The notes below the pieces were generated by a model. The model ran no database searches. It was given only the letters and a program-made list of their open reading frames with translations, and was not told the DNA's origin. DNA of 64,000 nucleotides from Malacoraja senta. Lineage: Eukaryota. The position numbers were made by a program, and so were the translations under genes. Where the stretch lies: NCBI GenBank assembly GCA_038087875.1, contig JAXLNO010000831.1:62001-126000 (forward strand), written 5' to 3'. This document shows, in pieces, positions 23,168 through 35,468 of the stretch (the first letter of the stretch is position 1; each line of letters begins with the position of its first letter).

Positions 23168-25330
23168 CTTGCGGCACTGCACTCGCCACTTCCTGCCATT
23201 CTGAAAAGGACCCGTTCACTCCTACTCTTTGCTTCCGGTCTGCCAACCAATTTTCTATCCATGTCAACACCCTACCCCCGATACCATGTGCTCTAATTTT
23301 TGTCACCAGTGTCCCGTGTGGGACCTTATCAAATGCTTTCTGAAAGTCTAGATGCACTACATCCACTGGCACCCCTTCATCCATTTTACTTGTCACATCC
23401 TCAAAAAATTCCAGAAGATTAGTCAAGCATGATTTCCCTTTCATAAATCCATGTTGACTTGGACTAATCCTTTCCCTGCTATCCAAATGCCCCATTATTA
23501 CCTCTTTAATAATTGACTCCAGCATCTTTCCCACCACCGAAGTCAGGCTAACTGGTCTGTAATTCCCCGTTTTCTCTCTCGCTCCTTTCTTGAAAAGTGG
23601 GATAACATTAGCTATCCTCCAATCCTGAATCTATTGAACATTGGAAAATGATCACCAATGCATCCACTATTTCTAGAGCCACCTTCCTGAGGACCCTGGG
23701 ATGCAGACCATCAGGTCCAGGGGATTTATCATCCTTCAGTCCCATTAGCTTACCCAATACTATTTCTCGCCTAATGAAAATTTCTTTCAGTTCCTCTACC
23801 CCCTTGGATCCTCTGTCCTCCAGTACATCTGGGAGATTGTTTGTGTCTTCCTTAGTGAAGACAGATCCGAAGTACCTATTCAACTCTTCTGCCATTTCCT
23901 TGTTGCCCATAATAATTTCACCCGTGTCTGCCTTCAAGGGACCCACATTTGACTTTGCTACTGTTTTTCCCTTAACATCTTTAAGCTTCTTTACTCAATA
24001 CTCTGACTGATGAAGGACAAAGTGCCAAAATACTTTTTGACCACCTGATATACCAGCGACTCAACCTTCAAGGAACCATGCAACCATCAACCATTCCTCT
24101 GCCCACCTGGCTAATTGATCGAGTTCCTGCTGCAATCTTTCACAACCATCTTCACTATTTGCAAATCCACTCACTTCTGTATCATCAGCAAACTTGCTAA
24201 TCTTGCCCTGTTCTGTGACGTTTCACAGATTGCTGGAGTAACTCAGCGGGCCAGGCTGAGTACAGAAGTTGGGAGGTCATGTTGCAGTTGTATAAGAAGT
24301 TGATGAGGCCGCATTCAGAGTATTATATTCAGTTCTGGGCACCATGTAATAGGAAAGATGTCATCAAATTGGAAATGGTACAGTGAAGATTTATGAGGAT
24401 GTTGCCTCAGGACTAGAGGGCCAGAGCTATAGGGAGAGGTTGAGTAGGCTGGGACTCTATTTCATGGAGCTCAGGAGGATGAGGGATGATCTAATAGAGG
24501 TGTATAAAATCATGATTTGAATAGATATGGTTGAGTCTTTTGCGCAGAGTAGGTGAATCGGGGAGCAGAGGACATAAGTTTAAGGTGAAGGGCAAAAGAT
24601 TTAATAGGAATCTGACGGATATATTTTTCACACAAAGGGTGGTAGGTGCATGGAACAAGCTGCCAGAGGAGGTACAGGCAGGGACTATCGCAAAATTTAA
24701 GAAACACTTAGACAGGTATATGGATAGGACAGGTTCGGAGGGATATGGATCAAATGTGGACAGGAGGGACTAGTGTAGATGGGACATGCTGGGCCGAAGG
24801 GCCTGTTTCCACACTGTATCTCTCTATGACTCTATCTATCTTTCCCTCTCAAACCCATTCTCCTGCCTTCTCCCCATTACCTCTGACACCTGTATCAATC
24901 AAGAATCTATCAATCTCCTCCTGAAAAATGTCCATTGACTTGGCCTCCACAGCTGTCTGTGGCAATGAATTCCACAGTTCACCACCTTCTGACTTAAGAA
25001 ATTCCTGCTCATCTCCTTCCTAAAGGAATGTATTTTAATTCTGAGGCTGTGGCCACTGGTCCTAGACTCTCCCACTAGTGGAAACATCCTCTCCACATCC
25101 ACTCCATCCAGGTTTTTACCAGGCTGGGACAGACGGCAACAGCTTCACACCGTGTCCCAAAGCTTGTGTCCTGTCCTGCTTCACCCAGGCAGCAGAGATG
25201 TTATAGGAGAGGGCAAGCACCGTCACAAAGTAGCTCACGATGGTTTGGGTAACATTCAGGAATGTCTATGCTTGTCACATCATGAATATTACTGAAGAAG
25301 GGTCTTGACCCGAAATATACTCTATACATT

Positions 25331-25582
25331 TTCTCCAGAGATGCTGCCTGACCCAGTGAGTTACTCCAGCACTCTGTGACATGTCACTATCCATGTTCTC
25401 CACAGATGCTGCCTGACCCGCTGAGTTACTCCAGCACTCTGTGACATGTCACCTAACCATGTTCTCCACAGATGCTGCCTGACCCAGAGTTACTCCAGCA
25501 CTGTGTGACATGTCACCTATCCATGTTCTCCACAGTTGCTGCCTGACCCGCTGAGTTACTCCAGCACTTTGTGTCTATTTTC
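25331..25582 (+). repeat. Tandem array (4 x 64-66 bp) of a Penelope-derived segment
   Basis: Units start TTCTCC at 25331, 25396, 25462, 25526. Confidence 0.9.
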
Positions 25583-27195
25583 CCTTCATCCATCTGCCCA
25601 AGCCCACTCTCCCCTCTCCTTTCCCATGTTCCTTTCCACCCATAAACCTCTCTCTGCCTTTACATTTCACTCCTCTTTCAAATCTGCTCTACTTATCTAA
25701 ATGCATTTTTCTTCTTAACTTTTTAGTCATAGAATGATGTAGTGTGGAAACAGGCCCTTCAGCCCAACTTGCCCACACCAACCAACATGTCCCATCTACA
25801 CTAGTCCCACTCACATGCATTTGGCCCATATCCATCTAAACCTGTCCTATCCATGTACGTGTCCAAATGTCTCTTAAACATTAGGATAGTCCCAGCCTTA
25901 ACTACCTCCTCTGGCAGCTTGTTCCGTACACCCACCACCCTTTGTGTGAAAAAGCTACCTCTCAGATTCCTGTTAATTTCTGAAATATTGGTCATGAATT
26001 TGATGCGAAAATGCTCCAAAATAAGGCTCAGAATGCATCAGAGAGCATCTAAAACCCCTGAGCTTCCAGGGCCCTTAAGCGGGCCCTGGACCCTGGCATC
26101 GAGGGACTTCACACTTCGCGCTCGTGATGTGCACAGCGCGCACATTATTTCACATTACAATCTTTTTGTGATCCTGTCATGCCACCCCCCTTTTTGAAAA
26201 GCTTCGTACGGGCCTGAGTTAGGAAGGCATGTTGGTGCTTTACAGGTCATCAGCCACTGTGTAGCACTGGGAGATGGTACTGATGAGTACAGTTTAGTCC
26301 TGGCACAGCAGTGTGTACTGATAGGGACAGATCTATCACTGCATAACAAAGAATGCTGGAGAAACTCAACAGTTCAGGCAGCATCTGTGGAGTGAATGGA
26401 CAGACAACATTTTTACTTGGGACTATTCTTCACACGGATTGTAGTATGGGGGAAGAAAGCTGGAAAAGAAAGCTGCCGTCCAAAAAAGAAAACTTGAATA
26501 AGCCCTTGATATAAGCCTGGCTGATTGTTTCACTGAACACCTTCACTCATTCCGCCTGGACCTACCTGATCTCCCGGTTCCCAAACACTTTACTTCCCCT
26601 TCCCATTCCCACACTGACCTTTCAGTCCTGGGCCTCCTCTTTTGTCAGAGTGAGGCCAAACGCAAATTAGAGGAACAGCATCTCATAATTCACTTGGGCA
26701 GCTTACAACCAGTGGTATGAATATTGAGTTCTCTGACTTCGTAATCCCTGCATTCCCTCTCTCTCCATCCCTCCCCCACCCAAGTCGTACCAGCTTCAAA
26801 GTCCCTTCTCACCTAACAAACAGCTAACAATGGCCTGTTTTCTTTATCATCATTACTTTTGTGCATATCTTTCATTGATTTGATCTATAGCTCTCTACAT
26901 CATCGTCTATATCTCCCGTTTCCCTTTCCCCAGTCTGAAGAAGGGTCTCAACCCGAAATGTCACCTTTTCTCCAGAGATGCTATCTGACCCGGTGAGTTA
27001 CTCCAGCTTTTTGTGTCTATCTTCAGTGTTAGTTATAGCTTGCAAAAGGGTGGTTAATAAATATTATGTGAATGCTGCAGTGGGATTAAACAATGTCGAC
27101 AATTGATGCGTAACTGACAGGAAGCAAAACCTTTTGTAAAATATCTCCTTTGTTCTGGAGGTGCATAACAATGTTGTCACTACCCCTGTAGCATC

Positions 27196-27214
27196 TGGTG
27201 CCCTCTTGTGGTCA
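27196..27214 (-). promoter_or_regulatory. Candidate CTCF site
   Basis: TGACCACAAGAGGGCACCA matches the CTCF core (TGGCCACCAGGGGGCGCTA-like) in non-repeat DNA. Confidence 0.5.
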
Positions 27215-28235
27215 AAGTGACAGTAATCTGGAGGTTGCTGTCCACAGATATATTATTACAAATTTGGAACAAACAAAACTGATGCTGGGTCTCATCCCGG
27301 AATGTCAATAATTTCCTCCCTCCCCACAGATGCTGCTCGACCGCTGAGTTCCCCTAGGCTCCAGGAGTTTGTTTGTTGCTCCACATTATGAGAGGCGTAG
27401 ACAGTCAGAACCATTTCACCAGTTTGGAAATGCTCAACTTTAGAGGCCAGAGCTAGAAAGTGAAAGGGGGAAGGTTTAATGGAGAAGTAGAGGGCATGTT
27501 TCTTTATACAGTGGGCGGGCGGGGGGGGGCTGGAACGCACTGTATGGGTGGTGGTAGTGCAGATATGATAGTAGGATTTAAGAGACTTTCAGATAGGCAC
27601 ATGGAAGTGCGGGGAATAGAGGGATATGGATCATGTACAGGCAGATAAGATCAGTTTAAGTTGGCATCATGTTGGCACAAACATTGTGGGCCAAAGTGCC
27701 ATATTGTTCTATTCTAAATTTAATTTCATTTTGTTTAGTTTTAGAGATACAGCGCTGAAATAGTCCCTTCATCCTACTGAGTCCGTGCCGACCAGCGATC
27801 CCCATAAACCAGCACCATCCGACACAGATGAGACAATTTACCATTGTTTTTACCGAAGGACAATAACTTACATACCTGTATGTCTTTGGAGTGTGCGAGG
27901 AAATGAGAGCTCCCGGAGAAATCCCATGTGATCACGGGGACAACGTACAAACTCCTTACTGACAGCACCCGTTGTCAGGATCGAACCCGGGTCTCTGGCG
28001 CTGTAAGACAGCAGCTCCACCGCTGCGCCATTGTGCCACCCCTAAATATGTTCACTATTCTATTGCAGAATCTCCAATCTCTCCCTCAATGTCAGCAAGG
28101 TGAATTTGAAGGAGCTAGTTATCGACTGCTGGAAGGAAGATGGTGTTCTAGCCATAAGCTTCTGGGATGCACCGCAGCGGCAGAAGAAAATGACCACGGA
28201 TCGCCCCACGGAACCCAACACGAATCGACCAGGCG

Positions 28236-30720
28236 GCCGCCGAGAACGAAGATGGACTCGGCCGGTCGCCTGCAGCCATATGTGGCGGCAGGTTTGGTTC
28301 GCCGGTGTGAAGAGCAACCCGGTGGAAGCTGCTGAGCTTGGCCCCGAAACCCGGAGAGTCGTGGAGGAGGGAGCCGCTGCCGCCGACGGACGCAAGGAAT
28401 GGGCCGCTAAGAGAGGGACTGAGGTATTACCTCCAGGAGAGGAGTTGCCTCCCGGGACACAGAGCCAGTTGGGCGAGGAGAGGGACGTCTGTTGGCTGGC
28501 CGAGCTGGTCGAGGGTGACGGAGGAGGCCCCCCTGGCAATAGCCTGGGGTTTAACTGAGCTTACGTGGATCGGGGGCGCTCCAGTAAATCCAACATACGG
28601 ACCGGACATTGGACTTTTTCTTTTTCTTTTGTAAATACTGCCAAATTACGGCGACGGGAGCAAGAATTTCACTGTGCAGTGCATAAGTGACAATAAAGAA
28701 TCATTGAAACATTGAAGTCAGAATCAATACTGTAGAAGTGCGAGTGCTGAAGTGGGAATGGTGAAGAACTTCAAATTCCTCGGCATGAACAACCTGTTGC
28801 ATTTTAGTCACTGGGGCAGAACTTTTAAAAGAATGGACGTTTAACAATCCATCTGCAGCAATATAGAAACAGAGAAAGCAGGTGCAGGAGTAGAAAATTA
28901 TGGCCTTCAAGCCAGCACCGTCATTCAATATGATCATGGCTGAGCATCCAGAATCAATACCCTGTTCCTGCTTTCTCCCCATATCCCTTGATTCTGTAGC
29001 CCTAAGATCTAACTCTCTCTTGAAGACATCGAGTGAATTGGCCTCCACTGCCTTCTGTGGCAGAGAATTCCACAGATTCACAACTATCTGGGTGAAAGCG
29101 TTTTTCTTCATCTCATTCCTAAATGGCCTACCCTTTACTCGTAAACTGTGACTCCTGGTTCTGGACTCCCCCCAATATCGGGAACATTTTTCCTGCATCT
29201 AACTGTCCAATCCCTTAAGAATTTTATATGCGTCTATAAGATCCCATCTCATCCTAAATTCCAGTGAATATAAGCCCAGTCAGTCCATTCTTTCATCATA
29301 TGTTAGTCCCGCCATACCGGGAAAAGAAATATTTTACTTTTTTATTGAACAATATCCTTGATTTTTTTGCTTTAAAAAAAAACATTCTGTTCCAGTCCCA
29401 CCACAGAGATTTTTTGCTATATAATTCTTTGGCTCCTTTCCGCCTTCAATCAATTGAAAGCCAGAGTGGTAAAGACACTATTCATAGCATTGAGTATAAG
29501 AGTCAGGAAGTCATATGCTGCTTTATGGAACTTCAAAGATAGACACAAAATGCTGGAGTAACTCAGTGGGACAGGCAGCATCTCTGGATAGAAGGAATGG
29601 CTGACATTTCTGGTTGAGTCCCTTCAGGCTGAAGAGGAAAGGGAGACATGGAGATAAGGAAGTGTAAGGTATGAAAGAATGACATCAAATGAGATGTAGT
29701 TCAAGGAAAATGTAGAATAGATCATTATTAGCCAGGAGTAGGTGTGAACGAAGCATACATAGATAATTTTTAATCAGGGGGACAGTCAGACTGGTCGGAG
29801 AATAGAACTTCAGATAGGCCACTTTTAGAATATTATCGGCATTTCTGGTTGCCCCAATGCAGGATGAATTTGGAAGCATGGAATTTGTGCAGAGGTGGTT
29901 TGCCAGAATGATGCACAGATTAGATATTAGCTGGAAGGAGAGGTTGGACAGACTTAGATTGTAATCGCTAGAATGCTGGAGGTTGATAAAAGTATATAAA
30001 ACTATGAGAGGCATAGATGGGATAGAGAGTCAGAATCTTTTCCACAGGGTGTAAATATAAAGTAATGGAGAGCATAGTTTTCAGGTGAGTGGGACATGGT
30101 GTAAAGGGCCATGTATTAACAGAAGGCTCAATGAGAGATTTCTGCACTGATGTTGAGACTGAGCTGCACATTTACACCTAGACACAACTTTAAACTGAGC
30201 TCATGTCTCTCCTCCCAGCTGAAAAAAAAGACGCATGGTATTACCTCAAATAAGGGCTGGGAAATTATTACACATGCATTGTCCAATTTTTATTACTTAA
30301 GCAATAACAGTAAAGTGGACTAAAGACAGACACAAAAATGTTAGATAGAGCTCTAGAGGCTGGTGGAATCAAGGGATATGGGGAGAAGGCAGGCATTGAT
30401 TGGGGACGATCAGCCATGATCACCATGAATGGCAGTGCTGGCTCGAAGGGCCGAAGGGCCTCCTCATGCACCTATTTTCTATGCTTATAAAAAGATGGAG
30501 TAACTCAGCAGGTCAGGCAGCACTTCTGGGAAAAAGGAAAAGGTGACGATTTGTGTTGAGACCCTTCCCGAAATGTCACCTATTCCTTTCCCCCAGAAAT
30601 GCTGCCTGACCCGCTGAGTTACTCCAGCTTTTTGCATCTGCCTACAGTAAAACAAGCATCTGCAGTTCCTTCCTACACAGTAAAGTAGACTATCTGGTTT
30701 ATCTAACACTGCAGTTTGTG
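28236..30720 (+). repeat. Duplicated block, copy 2, ending just upstream of the class I promoter
   Basis: Colinear with 50-2180; has an extra ~350 bp (about 29910-30255) absent from copy 1. Confidence 0.9.
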
Positions 30721-30845
30721 GAATTGACTGCATTCTGAATTGTAAAATCATTATACTTTGAGAAACATCTATTCGGCTGTAAGATGCTATGTGAAATATG
30801 ATTTTGTAATTGTTGTCCTTAAAACACCAATATAATCCCTACCAT

Positions 30846-30913
30846 AAAACCCAATCCGTAAACTGTATTCACTGGTAATTAGTGACGAGAACAAGTGGTC
30901 TCATTCCCATTGG
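30846..30913 (+). promoter_or_regulatory. MHC S-X1-X2-Y promoter module
   Basis: CTGGTAAT (X1-like) +3 nt + TGACG (30883-87), 21-nt spacer, TTCCC-ATTGG (30909-13); S-like AAAACCC about 18 nt upstream; spacing matches MHC SXY architecture. Confidence 0.65.
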
Positions 30914-31051
30914 ATCTGGTTATCAGGTTTGTGTATACATGGACCAATAATTACCTTCACACCAGAGTTCTGTTAAAAACGTACAAGAGATTATGTTACT
31001 GTTGCTGCATTTACTCTGCTGGTTAAATAGTGCTGTGGGCGGCTGTTAAAC

Positions 31052-31103
31052 ATGCTTCTTTTTACCTTACTGAACACTTACGGTGTGGCCACTGTCTCCT
31101 CTG
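31052..31103 (+). CDS. MHC class I leader (signal peptide) exon
   Basis: ATG 31052, MLLFTLLNTYGVATVSS, then G|GTAAGC phase-1 donor; G+AT gives Asp1 of alpha1; lies about 140 nt after an X2-Y box. Confidence 0.8.
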
Positions 31104-31406
31104 GTAAGCAATACTGCTTCAACCTGTGAACTTTGAGGAAACAACAAAACTGATTATATTTACTGTTGCACAGTGCCTGTGTTTGCCCTGGGTTCATTGT
31201 CTTGGATGTATTAATTGAATGATTGAATTGAATGTATTAATAATTTTGGGTAACGGTCTTTCCTTAGTTGTAAAGGCTCCTGTGGGAAGTTATATATACT
31301 ATGGTTACCTTGGCAATCCATTGAACAGAAGAACTGAATACATGTAAATAATGAACATAGAACATAGTACAATACAGCACAGGAGCAGGTCCTTCAGTCC
31401 TTCAGT

Positions 31407-31435
31407 CTGAAGAAGGGTCTCGACCCGAAACGTCA
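31407..31435 (+). ncRNA. Minimal type I hammerhead ribozyme motif in a Penelope-derived repeat (best-preserved copy)
   Basis: CTGAAGA-A-GGGTC(TC)GACCC-GAAAC-GTC|A: conserved core, helix II hairpin, palindromic ACGT helix III; helix I only about 2 bp. Confidence 0.6.
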
Positions 31436-32563
31436 CCCGTTCCTTTTCTCCAGAGATGCTGCCTGACCCGCTGTTACCTCAGCATTTTGTCTACCTTCGG
31501 CCCACAATGTCTGTGCCGAACAAACTAAACTAATCTCCTCTACCTGTATGTGATCTGTATCCGGCCATTCCCTGCCTATCTATGTACCTATCTAAAAGCC
31601 TCTGAAATGTAACTGTTATATCTGCCACCATCACCACAACCACCACTGGCAGCGCGTTACAGATGTCCACCACCCTCCACATAAAACAACTTGCTCCGCT
31701 CATCTCCTTTGAACATTGCTTCTCCAACCTTAAAGTGATGTTCTCTGGTCTTCAACATTTCCACCCTGGGAAAAAGGTTCTGGCTGTCCACTCTGTCTGT
31801 GCCTCTCACCATGTTGTGCACTTTCATCAGGTCTCCCTTCAACCTCCAGTATACAAGAGAAAACAATCCATGTTTGTCCAATCTGTCCTTGCACTAATGC
31901 CTCAGACAGAATTCAGGTGATGTGCACTTTCAATAAAGAAGTGACTTCTGCATTAGTAGGTGTTCCACCTCTCCAAGATTTCCTCAGCTGGTGTTAGACA
32001 CCCACATGATGGTAAAATTCAGCCTGCATTAAATGACCAATCAATGTTGTGTTAATGTTGTTGCCATCTTGTTGTTTGTTGCATGCTTCCTGTCCTGCAG
32101 ACCCTATCCATTACCCCATCACCACTTCCCCAGAAGACGATAATGAGATTTAAGAAGCTTGAGGATAGGCACGTGGATATGCAGGGAATTGAGGGATATG
32201 AATCATCTACAAGCATGAAGAGTTTAGTTGAACTTGACATCATGTTCGGCACAGACATTGTGGCCGAACTCCAGCCCATTACACCCTTAATGAACAAAAA
32301 TCTATCAATCTCAATCTGGAAATTTTCAAGTGGGCAACATATTCAACAGATTACAGAATCGAGAACCAGAGGACATAGGTTTAAATTGAGGGGGGAAAGA
32401 TTGAATGGGAATCTGATGAGCAATTTCTTCCCACACAATGGTACCTTTCTAACTATTCTGACATTCATCAAGGCTTGGAGATTACAAACCTACTCGTCCT
32501 GAAAGTTTAATCCCATTGTTATCAAATGAAAGTAAATATAATGGTGTTAAAGAAGGAACTGCA

Positions 32564-34576
32564 TTTTAATTCCTAGTCTATCCCATTGTGTATAAGCTTT
32601 ATCTATAATAGAAGGACTAAACGAAGGGTTATTGACTATAGGTAATAAAAGTGATAAGTTTCTTAATTTTAAATTTTGTTTTATTTGTTTCCAAATACGG
32701 ATTGTACTATGAATAATTGGGTTCTTATTATAGTTTATGTTATTCAATTTCATTGGAGAGAGGAGGATCGCTCCAATGTTTCTAGAGGAGCAATCCTCTT
32801 TCTCCATTACAATCCAGTCTACTTGCTGGGCGGAGTTATCCATCAGTTGAATCATGTTTTTAATATTTACTGACCAATAATAATACATAAAATTGGGTAG
32901 TGCTAGACCCCCCAATACTTTAGATTTATTCAAATGGGTTTTTTGTATTCTATGTGATTTATAGTCCCATATAAAATTAGTGATATCTGAGTCGAGTTTT
33001 TTAAAAAACTTCTTAGGTAAGTATATAGGAATTGATTGAAATAGGTATAAAATTTGTGGTAAAAAGATCATTTTTATTGCGTTTATTCGGCCTATTAAAG
33101 ACATCGGAAGCGTTTTCCAGAATTTAATTAATGTATTCAGTTTATTAAGTAGGGGGTCAAAATTTGCCCTGAGCATACCTTGATATGCTCTGGTAATTTC
33201 GATTCCCAAATATTTAAATTTTTCTGTAGCTATTTTAAAAGGGAATTTATCACTTTTATTACCTATAGTCAATAACCCTTCGTTTAGTCCTTCTATTATA
33301 GATAAAGCTTATACACAATGGGATAGACTAGGAATTAAAACGCTTGGTGACTTGTATGAAACTGGAAAATTACTTTCATTTCAACAATTACAAATAAAAT
33401 ATAAACTCGGAAATAATCAATATTTTAAATACTTTCAAATATGCGACTATTTGAAAAAATATATAAAAGATCATCATAATAACCCAGCAGATGTACTGGA
33501 CGAGGCAATGCAGACAAAAGCGGAATCAGCAAACTTAATATCATATTTGTACAATATTATCTTAAATGTACAAATACCATCTACGGAGGGTATCAGAAGA
33601 GACTGGGAACAAGAGTTAGCCATTAAAATTTCAAAGGAAAGTTGGAATGAATACTTATTAAAAGTACATAAATGCTCGATTAATGTAAGACACACTTTAA
33701 TACAATTTAAAATTTTACATAGATTATATTATTCGAAAACTAAAATTCATAAAATTTTCCCAAACGTATCATCTATTTGTGATAAATGTCAATCCCAAGA
33801 AGCAACTATAGCGCACTCATTTGTCTTCTGTACAAAAATTCAAAAATTTTGGAATGAAATTTTTGAAATCTTTACAAAGTTATTTAAAACAAGACTGATA
33901 CCCAAAGCAGAATGGATTATCTTCGGAATAACGGAAGATGATCCAGAACTAAATGTGTTTCAAAAGAAATTAATGGATTATGGGTTAATAACTGGAAAAA
34001 AGCTAATTCTAAAATTTTGGAAGAAGGCTCCAATACCAACTATAAATATGTGGATTTCAAATATGTTTGAAACACTACACCTTGAAGAGATAAGACTCCT
34101 CCTAGCAGGTAAACCAGATCACTTCCACCTGACGTGGTCTGCATTTATAGAATTATTACAAACATAGGGTGCAAAAGTACTTTAAAAAAATAAAAAATTG
34201 AGGTCGGGTAAGGGGGGATGATAGTTGAAGAGTTGGTATGTCCTATTTACGTGATGCTCAAAAAAAAAAAAAAAAAAACATTTGTTTTTCTTTTTTTCTC
34301 TCTCTCTTTTCTTTTCTTAGGGCCTATTTCTTAACTCCTTTTTTTTTTTGTCTTTAATTTCGCTTTCATAGGGTCCTCGTCCTTTTTTTTTTTTTTGTTT
34401 GTTGTTACATTTTCTACACTTTTCTACACTTGCACTTTTTCCTTCACTTTCTTCTCTCTTTCAATCTTTTCTTTCTTTAGCGTAAAAAAAAAATAAAGGG
34501 AGTACATTAATTGTAAGAAGATATAAATGACGAGTATTAATGTATGTGGCTGTGATGTAATGTACTTCTAATAAAT

Positions 34577-34604
<28 letters not shown>
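32564..34604 (+). mobile_element. Young 5'-truncated L1 with inverted 5' segment; 15-bp TSD AAAGAAGGAACTGCA
   Basis: 32564-33248 antisense, 33247-34604 sense with AATAAA and poly(A); TSDs 32549-63 and 34605-19; TT|AAAG target. Confidence 0.96.
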
Positions 34605-34607
<3 letters not shown>

Positions 34608-35439
34608 GAAGGAACTGCAGATGCTGGAAAATCGAAGGTACACAAAAATGCTGGAGAAACTCAGCGGGTGCAGCAGCATCTATGGAGCGAAGGAAATAGG
34701 CAACGTTTCGGGCCGAAACCATATAATGGTGATGGCCATGTTGAAATAATAACATATAAAACAAAAATCCTCGGCTGTGGAGTGTTTTGGGAAGCCACAT
34801 GGATTTTATCGTTACTGTATTCCACTCTTAGCCGTCTTATGTTTCTCCTGGTAACACTGAAACAGACACTTCTAACTCTGCCCTCGGGGCCCCTTCTCCC
34901 TTCACTTAAACACATGAACTTTGACACTGTCTGGTGTGCTGCATGTAATCTTTATCACAGAACAAATACTGCTTATGCATGTGGAAACAAGAAACTGCAC
35001 ATGCTGGTTAATACACATAAAATACTGGAGTAATTCAGCTGGTCAGGCAGTATGTCTGGAGAACATGGTTAGGTGATGTTTCAGTTGACACAAGTGTAGG
35101 AAGGAAGTGCAGATGTGTAAGAAGGAACTGCAGAAGCTGATTTAAACCGAAGATAGACAATAAAGCTGGAGTAACTCAGCGGCACAGGCAGCATCCCTAG
35201 AGAGAAGGTATGGGTGACGTTTCGGGTCGAGACCCTTCTTCTGACTGCTGATGCAGATGCTGGTTTACACCGAAGATAGATACAAAAGGCTGGAGTAACT
35301 CAGCAAGTCAGGCAGCATCGCTGGAGAAAAGGAATAGGTGGAGTTTCAGGTCAAGACACTGCATCAGACAGAGTCGGGGGTGCATATATTTCATTGTACT
35401 TTGTCATATCTCTCGGTTCTCTGTCCCCTGACTCTCATT

Positions 35440-35468
35440 CTGAAGAAGGGTCTCGACACGAAACGTCA
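35440..35468 (+). ncRNA. Second sense-strand minimal hammerhead motif (one helix II mismatch)
   Basis: CTGAAGAAGGGTCTCGACACGAAACGTCA. Confidence 0.4.

Larger units (their letters stand above)
18323..23990 (-). mobile_element. CR1 LINE (RT half), split by a GC-rich retroelement (18791-19580) and a hAT (20121-23167)
   Basis: CR1 sequence is contiguous across both insertions; very similar to the 10640-12848 copy. Confidence 0.92.

Noticed and set aside
26200-26340. Further SUN-like exon candidates (also 13080-13150 and 16070-16215)
   Set aside because: Weak or phase-incompatible splice sites and no recognisable similarity.
32547-33272. 241-aa ORF as an independent gene
   Set aside because: Inverted L1 segment; its N- and C-termini are junction artifacts.
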